A stretch of 64,000 bases of DNA. Origin: an uncultured Gammaproteobacteria bacterium. GTDB lineage: Bacteria > Patescibacteriota > Patescibacteriia > UBA9934. Of this stretch, positions 1 through 9,995 are shown piece by piece. Position numbers and translations under genes: made by a program. Position 1 is the stretch's first letter; every line of letters begins with the position of its first letter. The stretch spans positions 499,061 to 563,060 of the forward strand of contig CAZKGL010000001.1 in the NCBI GenBank assembly GCA_964552565.1. Direction: 5' to 3'. The notes beneath the pieces are model-generated. The model had not been told where the DNA came from and made no database searches. It saw only the letters and a list, made by a program, of their open reading frames with translations.

Positions 1-613
1 GATCATCGGCACAATTAAGAAGCTGAACAAGCGCGACGACATCCACGGCATCCTTGTGCAGCTGCCGCTTCCGACGCAGAACGTCGACAAGGTCATCGCG
101 GCAATCGATTATAAAAAAGACGTTGACGGGTTCCACCCGGAAAATAGGAAGCTGCTCCTCGCAAACACCCCGAACCTCGTGCCGCCGGTCTCGCTCGCGG
201 TCATGCGCATGCTCCAGGCGAGCCGTTTGCCGCTCAACGGGAAGTCGGCGGTCATCCTCGGCAACAGCGCAATCTTCGCCGAGCCGATCATCGAGCTCAT
301 GAAAGAGGCGGGCGTCGAGGCGACGTTCCTGCCGCGCACCGCAACCGCGCTTGCCGCAAAAACGCGCGCCGCGGACATTCTCGTTGTCGCGGTCGGCGCA
401 CCGAACGCGCTGACGAAGGACATGGTGAAGGAAGGCGCGATCGTCATCGATGTCGGCACCAATAAAGTCGACGGCAAAGTCGTCGGCGATGCATCGCCGG
501 AACTCGTCGGCCACGCGGGCTTCATGAGCAAAGTCCCGGGCGGCGTCGGCCCGCTTACGGTCGCCTATCTCCTCTTTAACGTCATCAAAGCGATGGAAGT
601 GCAAGGGCGTTAG
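1..613 (+). CDS. folD: Bifunctional methylenetetrahydrofolate dehydrogenase/cyclohydrolase (5' partial)
   Basis: QLPLP, KDVDGFHPEN, VIDVG and VPGGVGPLTVA motifs; frame is open to the window edge. Confidence 0.95.
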   Translation, partial: IIGTIKKLNKRDDIHGILVQLPLPTQNVDKVIAAIDYKKDVDGFHPENRKLLLANTPNLVPPVSLAVMRMLQASRLPLNGKSAVILGNSAIFAEPIIELMKEAGVEATFLPRTATALAAKTRAADILVVAVGAPNALTKDMVKEGAIVIDVGTNKVDGKVVGDASPELVGHAGFMSKVPGGVGPLTVAYLLFNVIKAMEVQGR

Positions 614-1746
614 CCGAAAAGCGCGAGGACGATGTTTGCAATGAAGACGAGCCCCGCGGACAACACGGCCCATCGCGGGACGAAGAGGGAGCGTTTCGCG
701 GTCTGCGGCTTTCGACGCAGTGTTTCGTAGGTCGCAATCAGGACGAGACCGGTGATGCCGATGAACACGCCGCCGGTGAAATCGATGACACCGATGAAAT
801 CGTCCGCGCCAACCATGACAAGGACCGGGGGGACGAACAGCGTCAGCGCCCAGGCCACCAGGTAGCGGAGACGGTAGTCGAACGCGTAGGTATTCGTCAT
901 GACCAGCGCGTGCGTCACGAACGCCGTCATGACCGTGCACATGCCGATCGCCGCGGCGATAAGCACGAATGCCGGGCCGAGCACGTCGGCGAGGCCGTGG
1001 ATCGTTTCCACCGAAGTCGCCTTCCCCGTCACGCCGACGACCGCAGTCACAAACACGAGGTAGAGGAGGCCGATAATGGCCATGCCGGCAAGGACGCTGC
1101 GCCGCAAGAGGTGCTTATGCCTGCCGAGCGCGTCGCGCATCTCGGGGACCGAGCCGAAGCCGGTGAACGCGAAAAGCGCAACGCCAAAGGGAAGGAAGAA
1201 CTTTTCCGGGTCGCCGGCGAGGGCGTAGTGGTCGATATCGATGTGCGGCGCGGCGAGGACGGCCAAGAGCGCCATGAGGCCGACGTAGGCGACAATGAGA
1301 TACTTCTGCAGCCGCGCGACGGTCGTCATGCCGCCGAACACGACAAGCGCGCCGAGGAAAAAGAACAGCGTGCGGTAGAACGCGACCGTCCCGCCGAGGA
1401 CCGGTGAGAACACTTGGTACGCGAAGCTGCCGCCGACGATGAGATACGCCGTCATGGCGCCGTACAGGCCGCCAAACAGGCCGACGGCCGCAAAGAACGC
1501 CCCGACGGGCCCCGCGTGCTCGCGAATAAGGCCGACGAAACGCGCGTGCCCTTTGGTGAGCACTGCCATGTCGGCGTACATGAGCACGGTAACCGCGCAG
1601 ACGACCGCGGAAAGCGCAAATGCCACCATGCCGACCCCAAACCCCGCCTGCGCGAAGACAAACGGCAAACCAAACATGCCTACGCCGACCACTTGCCCGA
1701 TCATCGGCCGCAGGCTCGCCCAAAACGCTTTTTTCGCATCCTCCAT
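610..1746 (-). CDS. Aromatic amino acid permease family (APC/HAAAP-like) transporter
   Basis: IGQVVGVGMFGLPF N-terminal motif, about 11 hydrophobic segments, PFGVALFAFTG; start placed at MEDAKK. Confidence 0.85.
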   Translation of the reverse strand: MEDAKKAFWASLRPMIGQVVGVGMFGLPFVFAQAGFGVGMVAFALSAVVCAVTVLMYADMAVLTKGHARFVGLIREHAGPVGAFFAAVGLFGGLYGAMTAYLIVGGSFAYQVFSPVLGGTVAFYRTLFFFLGALVVFGGMTTVARLQKYLIVAYVGLMALLAVLAAPHIDIDHYALAGDPEKFFLPFGVALFAFTGFGSVPEMRDALGRHKHLLRRSVLAGMAIIGLLYLVFVTAVVGVTGKATSVETIHGLADVLGPAFVLIAAAIGMCTVMTAFVTHALVMTNTYAFDYRLRYLVAWALTLFVPPVLVMVGADDFIGVIDFTGGVFIGITGLVLIATYETLRRKPQTAKRSLFVPRWAVLSAGLVFIANIVLALFG

Positions 1747-1826
1747 ACCGCACCGATTATACCACGACGCTTTCCCCAGTCCGTCCACTTCCAGGCGCCA
1801 CCCCCATGCGCTACGATGGCGGCGAT

Positions 1827-3335
1827 ATGTCGAGTGGAATGACGCGGGTCCCCCCGCACAATCTTGAAGCTGAGGAGTCGCTGCTCGGCGCAGTGCTTAT
1901 TGACCAGGAGACGCTGTTGAAAATCGGCGACCTGGTGAAGCCGGAGGATTTTTACAAGGACTCGCACCGCATCATCTTTGAAACGATGCTCGAACTTGCC
2001 GAACGCCACGACCCCATCGACATCCTGACCGTCGGCAACCGCTTGGAAGAAAAAAGCATCCTGAAGCAGGTCGGCGGGCGCACCGCGCTCGTCGAGCTGA
2101 CGAACACCGTGACGACGGCGGCGCACGTCGCGCACTACGCGGAGATCATCACGAAGAAAGCGCTCCTGCGGCGGCTGCTGCGCGCCGCGAGCGACATTAC
2201 CGAACTCGGCTACGACGAGACGCAGGACGCCGACCTCCTCATCGACGAGGCAGAGCAGAAGCTCTTTAACGTGTCGAGCAACGTCCATAAGACGAGTTTT
2301 GTCCCGCTGCGCTCGGTGCTGACGCAGGCGTTTGACCGGATCGACGAGCTGCACCGCGAGAAAGGCAAGCTGCGCGGCGTGCCGACCGGGTTCACCGGCC
2401 TCGACAACCTGCTGGCAGGCCTCCAGAAATCCGACCTCGTCATCCTCGCCGCCCGCCCGTCGGTCGGTAAAACGTCGTTCGCGCTCGACATCATGCGCTC
2501 GGTCGCGCTCCGCACCAAACAGCCGGTCGGGTTCTTCTCGCTCGAAATGAGCAAGGAACAGCTCGTCGACCGCCTCATTTGCGCCGAGGCCGGCGTCGAC
2601 CTCTGGAAGCTGCGCAACGGCCGCCTGTCCGACCACTCGGACGATTTTCCCCGCATCGGGGATGCGCTCGGCAAGCTCTCGGAGGCGCCGATTTACATTG
2701 ACGACTCGCCAATGGCGAACATTATGACCGTGCGCACGAAAGCGCGCCGCCTCCAGTCCGAACACGGCCTCTCGCTCATCGTCGTCGACTACTTGCAGCT
2801 CATGGAAGCGCGCAAGCAGACGGACAACCGCGTGCAAGAAGTCGCGGAGATTTCGCGCGGCTTGAAGCAGATCGCCCGCGAGCTCCAGGTGCCGGTCCTC
2901 GCCCTCGCGCAGCTCTCGCGTGCGGTAGAAAATGAAAAGCCGGCGATCCCGAAGCTTGCCCACCTCCGCGATTCGGGAAGCATCGAGCAGGACGCCGACG
3001 TCGTCATGTTCCTCTACCGCAAGGCCGCGGACCGCAACTACCAGCCCGACGAACTGACGCCCGAAGAAAAGAACGCGGCCGAAGTCCACGTCGCCAAGCA
3101 CCGCAACGGCCCGACGGGGATGGTAAAACTGTTCTGGGATGCGGCGCGCACGTCGTTCAAGAACCTCGACAAGGCGTATGGCGAGATGCCGGTGCCCATC
3201 GCCGCTGGCGGCGCCAAGCCTCCCGCGGATGCCACTGCCACCCTCCCCAGCCACCCTGCCACTCCGCCGGCAAACCCGAATGTCGGCCTGCCACCCGGCA
3301 TGCCGCCGAGGGGGTTTACACCGCCGCCACGGTAA
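1827..3335 (+). CDS. dnaB: Replicative DNA helicase
   Basis: PPHNLEAEESLLG, Walker A ARPSVGKT, VDYLQL, LRDSGSIEQDAD, KHRNGPTG; Pro-rich C-terminal tail. Confidence 0.98.
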   Translation: MSSGMTRVPPHNLEAEESLLGAVLIDQETLLKIGDLVKPEDFYKDSHRIIFETMLELAERHDPIDILTVGNRLEEKSILKQVGGRTALVELTNTVTTAAHVAHYAEIITKKALLRRLLRAASDITELGYDETQDADLLIDEAEQKLFNVSSNVHKTSFVPLRSVLTQAFDRIDELHREKGKLRGVPTGFTGLDNLLAGLQKSDLVILAARPSVGKTSFALDIMRSVALRTKQPVGFFSLEMSKEQLVDRLICAEAGVDLWKLRNGRLSDHSDDFPRIGDALGKLSEAPIYIDDSPMANIMTVRTKARRLQSEHGLSLIVVDYLQLMEARKQTDNRVQEVAEISRGLKQIARELQVPVLALAQLSRAVENEKPAIPKLAHLRDSGSIEQDADVVMFLYRKAADRNYQPDELTPEEKNAAEVHVAKHRNGPTGMVKLFWDAARTSFKNLDKAYGEMPVPIAAGGAKPPADATATLPSHPATPPANPNVGLPPGMPPRGFTPPPR

Positions 3336-3341
3336 ATCCAC

Positions 3342-3372
3342 ACGCCGGATCCTGCTCGGCGTCACCCGGCGT
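3342..3372 (-). repeat. Minimal 31-bp copy of structured repeat family 1
   Basis: Reverse complement reads ACGCCGGGTGACGCCGAGCAGGATCCGGCGT, the two ends shared with the copies at 6874, 15154 and 41333. Confidence 0.75.
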
Positions 3373-3413
3373 TAGGTGACAAGCGCGCTTTTATTGGGTA
3401 ATATTGTCGCACT

Positions 3414-3719
3414 ATGTTCAACAAACTGAAGGAACTCAAAGACTTGCGCGACCAAGGAAAAAAGATGAAGGAAATGCTCGACGAGATCGTCGTCGTCGGC
3501 CAGGGCAGCCGCGGACAGGTCATGGTGACCTTGAACGGCAGCCACGACGTGCTTGGCGTGCAGATCGACGACGCCGTGGAGCGCGCGGCGATCGCCGTCG
3601 GCGTCAAGGAGGCGTTCGCGGACGCGAATAAGAAGCTGCAAACGGAACTCATGAAAAAGATGAAGGACATGGGCGGCCTGGGCGGCATCGGCGACATGAT
3701 GAAGAATATCGGCGGGTAA
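3414..3719 (+). CDS. ybaB: YbaB/EbfC nucleoid-associated protein
   Basis: 101 aa, G-x-V-x-V-x-x-NG pattern, lies immediately upstream of recR. Confidence 0.9.
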   Translation: MFNKLKELKDLRDQGKKMKEMLDEIVVVGQGSRGQVMVTLNGSHDVLGVQIDDAVERAAIAVGVKEAFADANKKLQTELMKKMKDMGGLGGIGDMMKNIGG

Positions 3720-3722
3720 GCC

Positions 3723-4322
3723 ATGCGCAAGTTCCCTACCCCAATCCATAATGCGATCGCTGCGCTGTCGCGGCTGCCCGGGGTCGGGCCGAAAACGGCG
3801 CTCCGGTATGCGTTCGCGCTTTTGCGGCTGCCGAAGCACGAACTCGAGGCGATCGCCGCGCACATCGCCGGGCTGCAGCACGTCGAGACCTGCGGCACAT
3901 GCTTTGCGTTTTCCGAACGGCGGACCTGCGAGATCTGCGGCGATCCGGCCCGCGACGCGCACCTGCTGTGCGTCGTCGCCGAGTCGCGCGACATCGCAAC
4001 CATCGAGGCGACGCATGCGTTTCGCGGGCGCTACTTCGTCCTCGGCGGCGCGTTGAACCCCATCGACGGCCACACGCCCGAGACGCTGCGCGTCGCGGAG
4101 CTCGTCGGCCGCCTCACCCTGCATCCGGAAATCAGTGAAATCATCCTCGCCTTCTCGCCCGACGTGCACGGGGAAACCACCATCCTCTACCTCGGCAAAC
4201 AGCTTGGCGCGCTCGGGCGAAAAACCACGCGTCTCGCCCGCGGGCTCCCTATCGGCGCGGATATCGAATACGCCGACGAGGTCACGCTCGCATCCGCATT
4301 GACGGGCCGTTCGGAAACATAA
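3723..4322 (+). CDS. recR: Recombination mediator RecR
   Basis: LPGVGPKTA HhH, C4 zinc finger, Toprim, RLARGLPIGADIEYADEVTL. Confidence 0.97.
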   Translation: MRKFPTPIHNAIAALSRLPGVGPKTALRYAFALLRLPKHELEAIAAHIAGLQHVETCGTCFAFSERRTCEICGDPARDAHLLCVVAESRDIATIEATHAFRGRYFVLGGALNPIDGHTPETLRVAELVGRLTLHPEISEIILAFSPDVHGETTILYLGKQLGALGRKTTRLARGLPIGADIEYADEVTLASALTGRSET

Positions 4323-4434
4323 CGCGGCACCACACCTGGACAGGGAGGTCTTTTTTTGTTACCGTCCACCCTCCTCTGTGGAGACGTATCCCCACATACC
4401 CATGCGGTGACACGCCTTCACGGAGGAACTCAGC

Positions 4435-5043
4435 ATGCCCATTTCGAGTGCAGCCATCCGCTTCGGTCTCATCGGCTTCTTGCGCGACCATGGCGTCATG
4501 CTCGACCAGGCCGCCCCGATCGCCCGCGTCCTCATGGCCATCAACGCGCGCGTCATCGCCAACCGGGTTCCGATGCTGCCTCGCAGCTTCCAGCACGCCG
4601 GGGAGATGATGGCGGCCATCAACGCCGCGCTGCCCCACCCGACGTGCCGGGAGGTGGACTACGTCAGCCCGCACGACGTCGCGTTCTCCGGCGTCCTCGC
4701 CCGGTGCCCGACGTTCGTGTGGGACGACATCCTCGAGCGGCGCTTCGCGACGCGCAGCCGCTTCTCGCGGTTCTCCCAGGCCGTCCCGTGCCTCGAGCGC
4801 GACATCGGCATCGCCATCCGCGCGGTGATGTCGGTGACGCTCACCCCGCCGCGCGTCGACCGCCTGTGGTTCGACTACGAGAGCGTGCTCCTGCACGCCA
4901 CCGCGCTCCTCGCGGTCCGCGACGACAGGGCGCCGGAGGACCGCGCGGCGCTCATGCCGCTCCTCGCGGTGCTGGCGCTGGCGCTCCCCATCGGGCCCGA
5001 CCCGGATGGCTCGGGGCGCTGGTACTGCGTCGTCGAGGAATAG
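4435..5043 (+). CDS. Hypothetical protein (GC-rich, SD-led orphan)
   Basis: GGAGG upstream of ATG, GC-rich third positions, downstream hairpin. Confidence 0.7.
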   Translation: MPISSAAIRFGLIGFLRDHGVMLDQAAPIARVLMAINARVIANRVPMLPRSFQHAGEMMAAINAALPHPTCREVDYVSPHDVAFSGVLARCPTFVWDDILERRFATRSRFSRFSQAVPCLERDIGIAIRAVMSVTLTPPRVDRLWFDYESVLLHATALLAVRDDRAPEDRAALMPLLAVLALALPIGPDPDGSGRWYCVVEE

Positions 5044-5047
5044 CCTC

Positions 5048-5082
5048 AGCCCCTTGACGGAGCCTCTGCTCCGTCGGGGGCT
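5048..5082. terminator. Hairpin between convergent genes
   Basis: AGCCCC-TTGACGGAGC/GCTCCGTC-GGGGGCT inverted repeat. Confidence 0.6.
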
Positions 5083-5085
5083 TCG

Positions 5086-5610
5086 TCATTGTAATGTGGA
5101 AAGAAAGACGCGCACCTGCTCAACCGCCGACGCCTTGCCTCCGGGCAAAAATGAGTTCACGACGACGAGATCCGGCCCAAGGTTGATGCGGTCGCGCGCC
5201 TCGTCCTCCTTGCGCCGCACCGGATCGGGATTCGGTTCGTAATGTTCGGGAATGATCTTGATGACGATGGGCGTGAAACCGTTCCGCCGCAAGTTGAGCA
5301 CGCCCTGCTCCACGAACGCCCCAACGCAAAAGCGGTGCGACGCCATTGCCGCATGGATGTCGGCACGCTGCGTGCCGTAATAGTTCGTCGCGTGCTCCAC
5401 GTGATGCGCGAATGCGTCCGCGGCGATGCGCCGCTCGAACTCCTCGCGGGAAATAAACTCATAATACACGGCGTCCTCATCGTCCCGCTGCGGGCGTGTG
5501 GTGACGGAACGAATGATCGTCACGTCGCCCGGCATCCGCGCGAGAAGCTCATCCATGATCGTCGTTTTTCCCGATTTACTCGGGCCGACAAAGGCGATCG
5601 CGTATCCCAT
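5086..5610 (-). CDS. gmk: Guanylate kinase-like protein
   Basis: GPSKSGKT P-loop, SVTTRPQR, YEFIS, NYYGT. Confidence 0.85.
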   Translation of the reverse strand: MGYAIAFVGPSKSGKTTIMDELLARMPGDVTIIRSVTTRPQRDDEDAVYYEFISREEFERRIAADAFAHHVEHATNYYGTQRADIHAAMASHRFCVGAFVEQGVLNLRRNGFTPIVIKIIPEHYEPNPDPVRRKEDEARDRINLGPDLVVVNSFLPGGKASAVEQVRVFLSTLQ

Positions 5611-5645
5611 AGACGACCGCATTCTACCACAGCTATACTAGCCCC

Positions 5646-6836
5646 ATGCACCATCTTGTCCGCAACCTGTTGTTTGCCGTTTTTGTGGCCGCATTTGTGG
5701 TCGGCGCGCCGGTCGTCGTCCTCTATACCGCCGGCTACCGCTATAACCCCGTGAACGGGCTCGTCGTCCGTACGGGCGTGCTTTCGGTCGAGAGCGACCC
5801 CCGCGGCGCAGCCATCGCGCTCTCCGGCGAAACGACCGGCGAGAAGACGCCCTATATCTTCAACCGCGTCATGCCGGGCGACTACACCGTCGCGCTCAGC
5901 CGCGAAGGCTACCATACGTGGGAGCGGGAGGTGGCCGTTGCGAGCGGCGGAACGACGTACCTGAGCGACGTCGTCATGTTCCTCGACGAAGCGCCGGCGC
6001 TTGCCGCCGCGCTGCCGGAGGCGAGCCTTGCCGTGCCATCGGCCGACGGGAGGACGATCGCGCTCGTCGACCGCACCGAGCGCTCGGCGCGCATCTGGCT
6101 GTTTGACCCGGACGGGTCGTCGCAGCTCGACATGATTACCGAGTATCCCGCGAGGGCGAGCGACATGGTGTCGCTGACATGGAACGTCGACGCGACGCGG
6201 CTCACGCTGCACAACACGACGCAAGGGACGGCCGCGACCTTCACGACCGACGGCATCCTGCTCGCGGACGACGTACAGACGGATGCCGCCGCGCCGGTGG
6301 CGCTCGTCGCGAACGCCCAGGCGGTCGAGGTCTACGACGTGCGCGAGGGACGCACGCTCGTCGCGCTCCTGCCGCTCACGGAGTACCGCATTGCGGAAGC
6401 CGAAGACGGGACAGCGGTCATTGTCGGCGCAAACCACGCCATCTACGTCATCGACCTCGACGACGCCGACAACCCGATCGTCGTCAGCGCAAACGGCACC
6501 GCGTACGACTTCGACGCCGCCGCGCGACGCTTCGTGTGGACGGACGGCATTGAGTTGAATGCCGCGGACCTCGACACCGGCGAGCGGACGTTCATCACGC
6601 GCCAAAGCAACGCCATCATCGCGGTGGCGTGGTACCCCGAAAGCAATACCGTGCTCGTCGCGACGAACGACGACCTGCGCGCGTTCTCCCTGAACGACGG
6701 CGGAACGACGATTACCTCTTTGCTCGGCGACGCAACGATGTTCTCGTTCTCCCTTACCGAACACGCCGAATCCGCCTCCTTCTACGGCGAGTACGACGGC
6801 GTCCGCGGCGTGTTCATCCTCCCTCTCACCAAATAA
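5646..6836 (+). CDS. PEGA-domain membrane-anchored protein with probable beta-propeller
   Basis: N-terminal TM plus YTAGYRYN; GVLSVESDPRGA...PGDYTVALSREGY PEGA pattern. Confidence 0.8.
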   Translation: MHHLVRNLLFAVFVAAFVVGAPVVVLYTAGYRYNPVNGLVVRTGVLSVESDPRGAAIALSGETTGEKTPYIFNRVMPGDYTVALSREGYHTWEREVAVASGGTTYLSDVVMFLDEAPALAAALPEASLAVPSADGRTIALVDRTERSARIWLFDPDGSSQLDMITEYPARASDMVSLTWNVDATRLTLHNTTQGTAATFTTDGILLADDVQTDAAAPVALVANAQAVEVYDVREGRTLVALLPLTEYRIAEAEDGTAVIVGANHAIYVIDLDDADNPIVVSANGTAYDFDAAARRFVWTDGIELNAADLDTGERTFITRQSNAIIAVAWYPESNTVLVATNDDLRAFSLNDGGTTITSLLGDATMFSFSLTEHAESASFYGEYDGVRGVFILPLTK

Positions 6837-6873
6837 GCTCGCGACGGCGGGGCGCGGTGGCCCCGCCTATTGT

Positions 6874-7023
6874 CGGCCGGGTGACGCCGAAGGGACGAGC
6901 GGTGCGTCGTTGGGCGGAGACGTTTGCGCCCAGCCGCAGGCGACGCGTCGCCGCTACGGCGTAGCGCAACTGCGGAGCACAACGACGTACCCGAGTCCCG
7001 ACCGAAGCGGCAGGACCCGGCCG
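6874..7023 (+). repeat. Long (150-bp) copy of structured repeat family 1
   Basis: CGGCCGGGTGACGCCGA...GCGGCAGGACCCGGCCG ends with nested internal stems; lies between convergent genes. Confidence 0.8.
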
Positions 7024-7029
7024 TGTGGG

Positions 7030-7548
7030 TTAGTACAAAAACTGGAACGTCGCGAGCATGATACCGATCTCCTCGTCGGCGGCATCGTCGGTCACAATTG
7101 CAAACACGCGATCGTTGTACGACACGTAATACTCTTCGCGGCCGCTCAGGTGCGCGTATTTTATTGTCGGATACGCGGCAAACAAAAACTCGCTTTTCGT
7201 CACGCTGCCATCGCCGTCGAAGGTGGCGTCAATCGTCCCCAGCGCACGCGACTCTTCGCGCACGGTCAACTGCGTCTCTCCGTCGTCATCCACGATGGCA
7301 ACGCCGTCGTCGAGCGCCGCGACCGACCACGCGGCCGGATAGCCCATGCTCCACACGTCCGCGCCGTATGTCACCCACCCTTCATCAGGGAGTAACGCCG
7401 AGCGGAAGACGCGGTCGGACGCGGTTTCGCTCCTGGCGCGGGCGCCCTGGTCGCGACGGAGCACGACGAGCAGTACCGTAACGAACACGACGGCAACCAC
7501 AAGCGTCCCGATGGTCAGCCAGGACGGCAATTGGCGCAGATGGCGCAT
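7030..7548 (-). CDS. Hypothetical membrane-anchored protein (PsbP-like YPxxW motif)
   Basis: N-terminal TM, SMGYPAAW, C-terminal MLATFQF. Confidence 0.7.
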   Translation of the reverse strand: MRHLRQLPSWLTIGTLVVAVVFVTVLLVVLRRDQGARARSETASDRVFRSALLPDEGWVTYGADVWSMGYPAAWSVAALDDGVAIVDDDGETQLTVREESRALGTIDATFDGDGSVTKSEFLFAAYPTIKYAHLSGREEYYVSYNDRVFAIVTDDAADEEIGIMLATFQFLY

Positions 7549-7557
7549 AGCAAAACG

Positions 7558-8418
7558 TTAGAGCCCGGACGCGATGGAGTCGGCGAGCGCGTCGCTGCGG
7601 CTGCGGAGTTTCGGAAGCTTGGTATTGACGAGCGCCGCGAACTTCGGCGCCTTGGCCGGACGCGGGAACGCGCTCGAGGGGACGGGGACGCGCGGCGTCG
7701 TGGTGCCGGTCAGCGCGAACACCTCTTCGGCGTATTCGAACATGGTGACCGGTTTCCCCTCGTTCACCACATGATACACGCCCGGTGCGACATCGTGCTC
7801 CACCATCCACAAGGTCGTTTCGGCGACGTCCTTCGTATAGGTCGGCATGCCGACTTCTTCATGCACGATGCGCAATTCCGGCTGCTCCTTTGCCAGGCGC
7901 ATCATGAGGGAGACAAAGCTTGGCTTTGACACGTCCGACATGCCGGCCGGGCCGAAAATTTTTGAGAGCCGGCAAATGAAATACGTCGCCCCGCTTTCGC
8001 GGACGAACCGCTCGCCGGCGGCCTTCGTTTCCCCGTACTTCGAGCACGGCGCTCCGGTCGGGTCGTCCTCCGTGTAGCCCTCCGGCTTGTCGCCGGCGAG
8101 GACGTAGTCGGTACTGTAGTGGACGAACAGGATGCCCGCCTTCGCCGCGGCCTCGGCGAGGTGCTTTGGGCCGAGGGCGTTCACGGCGTATGCGAGCGGA
8201 TACACTGCCGGATCCTCCACCTTGTCGACGAAGTTGTATGCGGCCGCGTTGATGATGCAATCCGGCTTCGTTTCGGCGACGAACCGCTGCACCGCGTCGT
8301 TGTCGGTGATGTCGAGCTCGCCGCGCTCCGTCGCGATGACCTCATGTCCTGCACGCGAAAATACGGCCGCAAGCTGCGTACCAAGATTGCCCCGCGCGCC
8401 AGTAAGGAGCACGATCAT
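7558..8418 (-). CDS. rfbD: dTDP-4-dehydrorhamnose reductase
   Basis: GARGNLG, INAAAY, YSTDYV, YGETK; in an operon with rfbC and rfbB. Confidence 0.93.
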   Translation of the reverse strand: MIVLLTGARGNLGTQLAAVFSRAGHEVIATERGELDITDNDAVQRFVAETKPDCIINAAAYNFVDKVEDPAVYPLAYAVNALGPKHLAEAAAKAGILFVHYSTDYVLAGDKPEGYTEDDPTGAPCSKYGETKAAGERFVRESGATYFICRLSKIFGPAGMSDVSKPSFVSLMMRLAKEQPELRIVHEEVGMPTYTKDVAETTLWMVEHDVAPGVYHVVNEGKPVTMFEYAEEVFALTGTTTPRVPVPSSAFPRPAKAPKFAALVNTKLPKLRSRSDALADSIASGL

Positions 8419-8421
8419 ACG

Positions 8422-8964
8422 CTAAAACGGCAAGTCAAGTTCGGCGAGTTTCGGCGCGGCCTGGTCGCGGGGAGAAAGGGTCGGCTCGCCCGCGAGCGGC
8501 CAGGGGACGTTGAGCTCGGGATCGTTCCAGGCGACGTTGCCGTCTCCCGCCTTGTCGTAGGTGTGCGTGCACTTGTAGAGCACCTCGCACTCCTCAAGCG
8601 CATAAAACCCGTGCGCAAACCCTGCGGGCATCCAAAGCATCTTCTTGTTCTCTGCCGAGAGCTCGATCGCGAAGTGGCGCATATATGTCGGCGACGCTTT
8701 CCGCAGGTCCACGGCGACGTCCCACACTTTGCCGCGGGTGCAGCGCACAAGCTTCCCCATCGGCTTCGGCGGCAATTGGAAATGCAGGCCGCGCAACACG
8801 CCCTTGACGGAGTAGGAATGGTTGTCTTGCGGAAACTCGGACGGAAGCCCGAGCGCGGCAAACTTGTCCGCGTTCCACACCTCGTAAAAAAATCCCCGGT
8901 CGTCGCTGAATACCTGCGGCTCGACCACAAGCAGTCCTTGGATGGGCGTCGGAGTTACGTTCAT
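8422..8964 (-). CDS. rfbC: dTDP-4-dehydrorhamnose 3,5-epimerase
   Basis: DDRGFF, QDNHS, GVLRGLHFQ, GFAHGF; start placed at MNVTPT. Confidence 0.96.
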   Translation of the reverse strand: MNVTPTPIQGLLVVEPQVFSDDRGFFYEVWNADKFAALGLPSEFPQDNHSYSVKGVLRGLHFQLPPKPMGKLVRCTRGKVWDVAVDLRKASPTYMRHFAIELSAENKKMLWMPAGFAHGFYALEECEVLYKCTHTYDKAGDGNVAWNDPELNVPWPLAGEPTLSPRDQAAPKLAELDLPF

Positions 8965-9971
8965 ACGGTTTGGCCGAATTGGCGCGCGTACCAATCGCGG
9001 TATGCCGCGCTGTTGCGGATGGCGCGCCACCATGACTCGTTCTTGCGGTACCATTCTACCATGTTGCGCAGGCCGTCCTCGAAGGTGAACTGCTGCTGCC
9101 AGCCGAGGTCGCGCATGATTTTCGACGGGTCGATGGCGTACCGGCGGTCCTGGCCCGGACGGTCCTTGATGTACGTGATCATGTTCTCGTTCAGCCCCAT
9201 GACGCGGACGAGCAGCATCGCCGTCTCGAGCATGGAGTATTCCGCATTGCCCCCCATCATGTACGTCTCACCCGTCGCCCCGCGCTCGAGGATGGCCAGC
9301 ACGCCGAGACCGTGGTCGCGGACGTGGATCCAATCGCGCACCTGGTGGCCGTCGCCGTGGATGTGGATCGGCTTGCCGTCGAGGAGGTTCGTAATGGAAA
9401 TGGAAAGATATTTCTCCGGGTACAAGTACGGCCCGTAGTTGTTCGTGCAGTTGGAAATCGTCCCGCGCAGACCGTGGGTGTGCACCGCGGCGCGGACAAG
9501 ATGGTCGCTCGCCGCCTTCGTCGCGCTGTACGGGTTGCGCGGGTCGTACGGCGTGGCTTCGTGGAACTTCGGGTCCGTCGGGCCAAGCGAACCGAATACC
9601 TCGTCAGTCGAGACGTGGTGAAACCGCTTCTGGTACTTCACGCACGCGTCGACGAGACGCTGCGTGCCGAGCACGTTCGTCAAGATGAACGGCTCGTTAT
9701 CCATGATGCTGCGGTCGACATGCGTCTCGGCCGCGAAGTTCACGACCGCGTCGGCGTCGCGCACCAGCGTTTCGACGAGCTCCTTGTCGACGATGGAGCC
9801 GTAAATGAACCTGTAGCGCGGGTGCGTTTGGATGTCGACCGTCGTCGCCAAATTGCCGGCGTACGTCAAGGCGTCGAGGTTCACCACCTCCCAGTCCGGC
9901 CGCTCCGCCAGAATGACTCGGATGAAATGCGACCCGATAAACCCGCAGCCGCCCGTGACCAGCACTTTCAT
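8961..9971 (-). CDS. rfbB: dTDP-glucose 4,6-dehydratase
   Basis: TGGCGFIGS, FAAETHVDRS, VSTDEVFG, PYSATKA, DRPGQDRRY. Confidence 0.97.
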   Translation of the reverse strand: MKVLVTGGCGFIGSHFIRVILAERPDWEVVNLDALTYAGNLATTVDIQTHPRYRFIYGSIVDKELVETLVRDADAVVNFAAETHVDRSIMDNEPFILTNVLGTQRLVDACVKYQKRFHHVSTDEVFGSLGPTDPKFHEATPYDPRNPYSATKAASDHLVRAAVHTHGLRGTISNCTNNYGPYLYPEKYLSISITNLLDGKPIHIHGDGHQVRDWIHVRDHGLGVLAILERGATGETYMMGGNAEYSMLETAMLLVRVMGLNENMITYIKDRPGQDRRYAIDPSKIMRDLGWQQQFTFEDGLRNMVEWYRKNESWWRAIRNSAAYRDWYARQFGQTV

Positions 9972-9995
9972 ACGCAAAAATTGGTACGACCCACC

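Noticed and set aside
1827-3335. Intein in DnaB
   Set aside because: Normal length with contiguous helicase motifs.
4321-4434. Possible riboswitch upstream of the 4435 orphan
   Set aside because: Only short hairpins; no aptamer consensus I can recognise.
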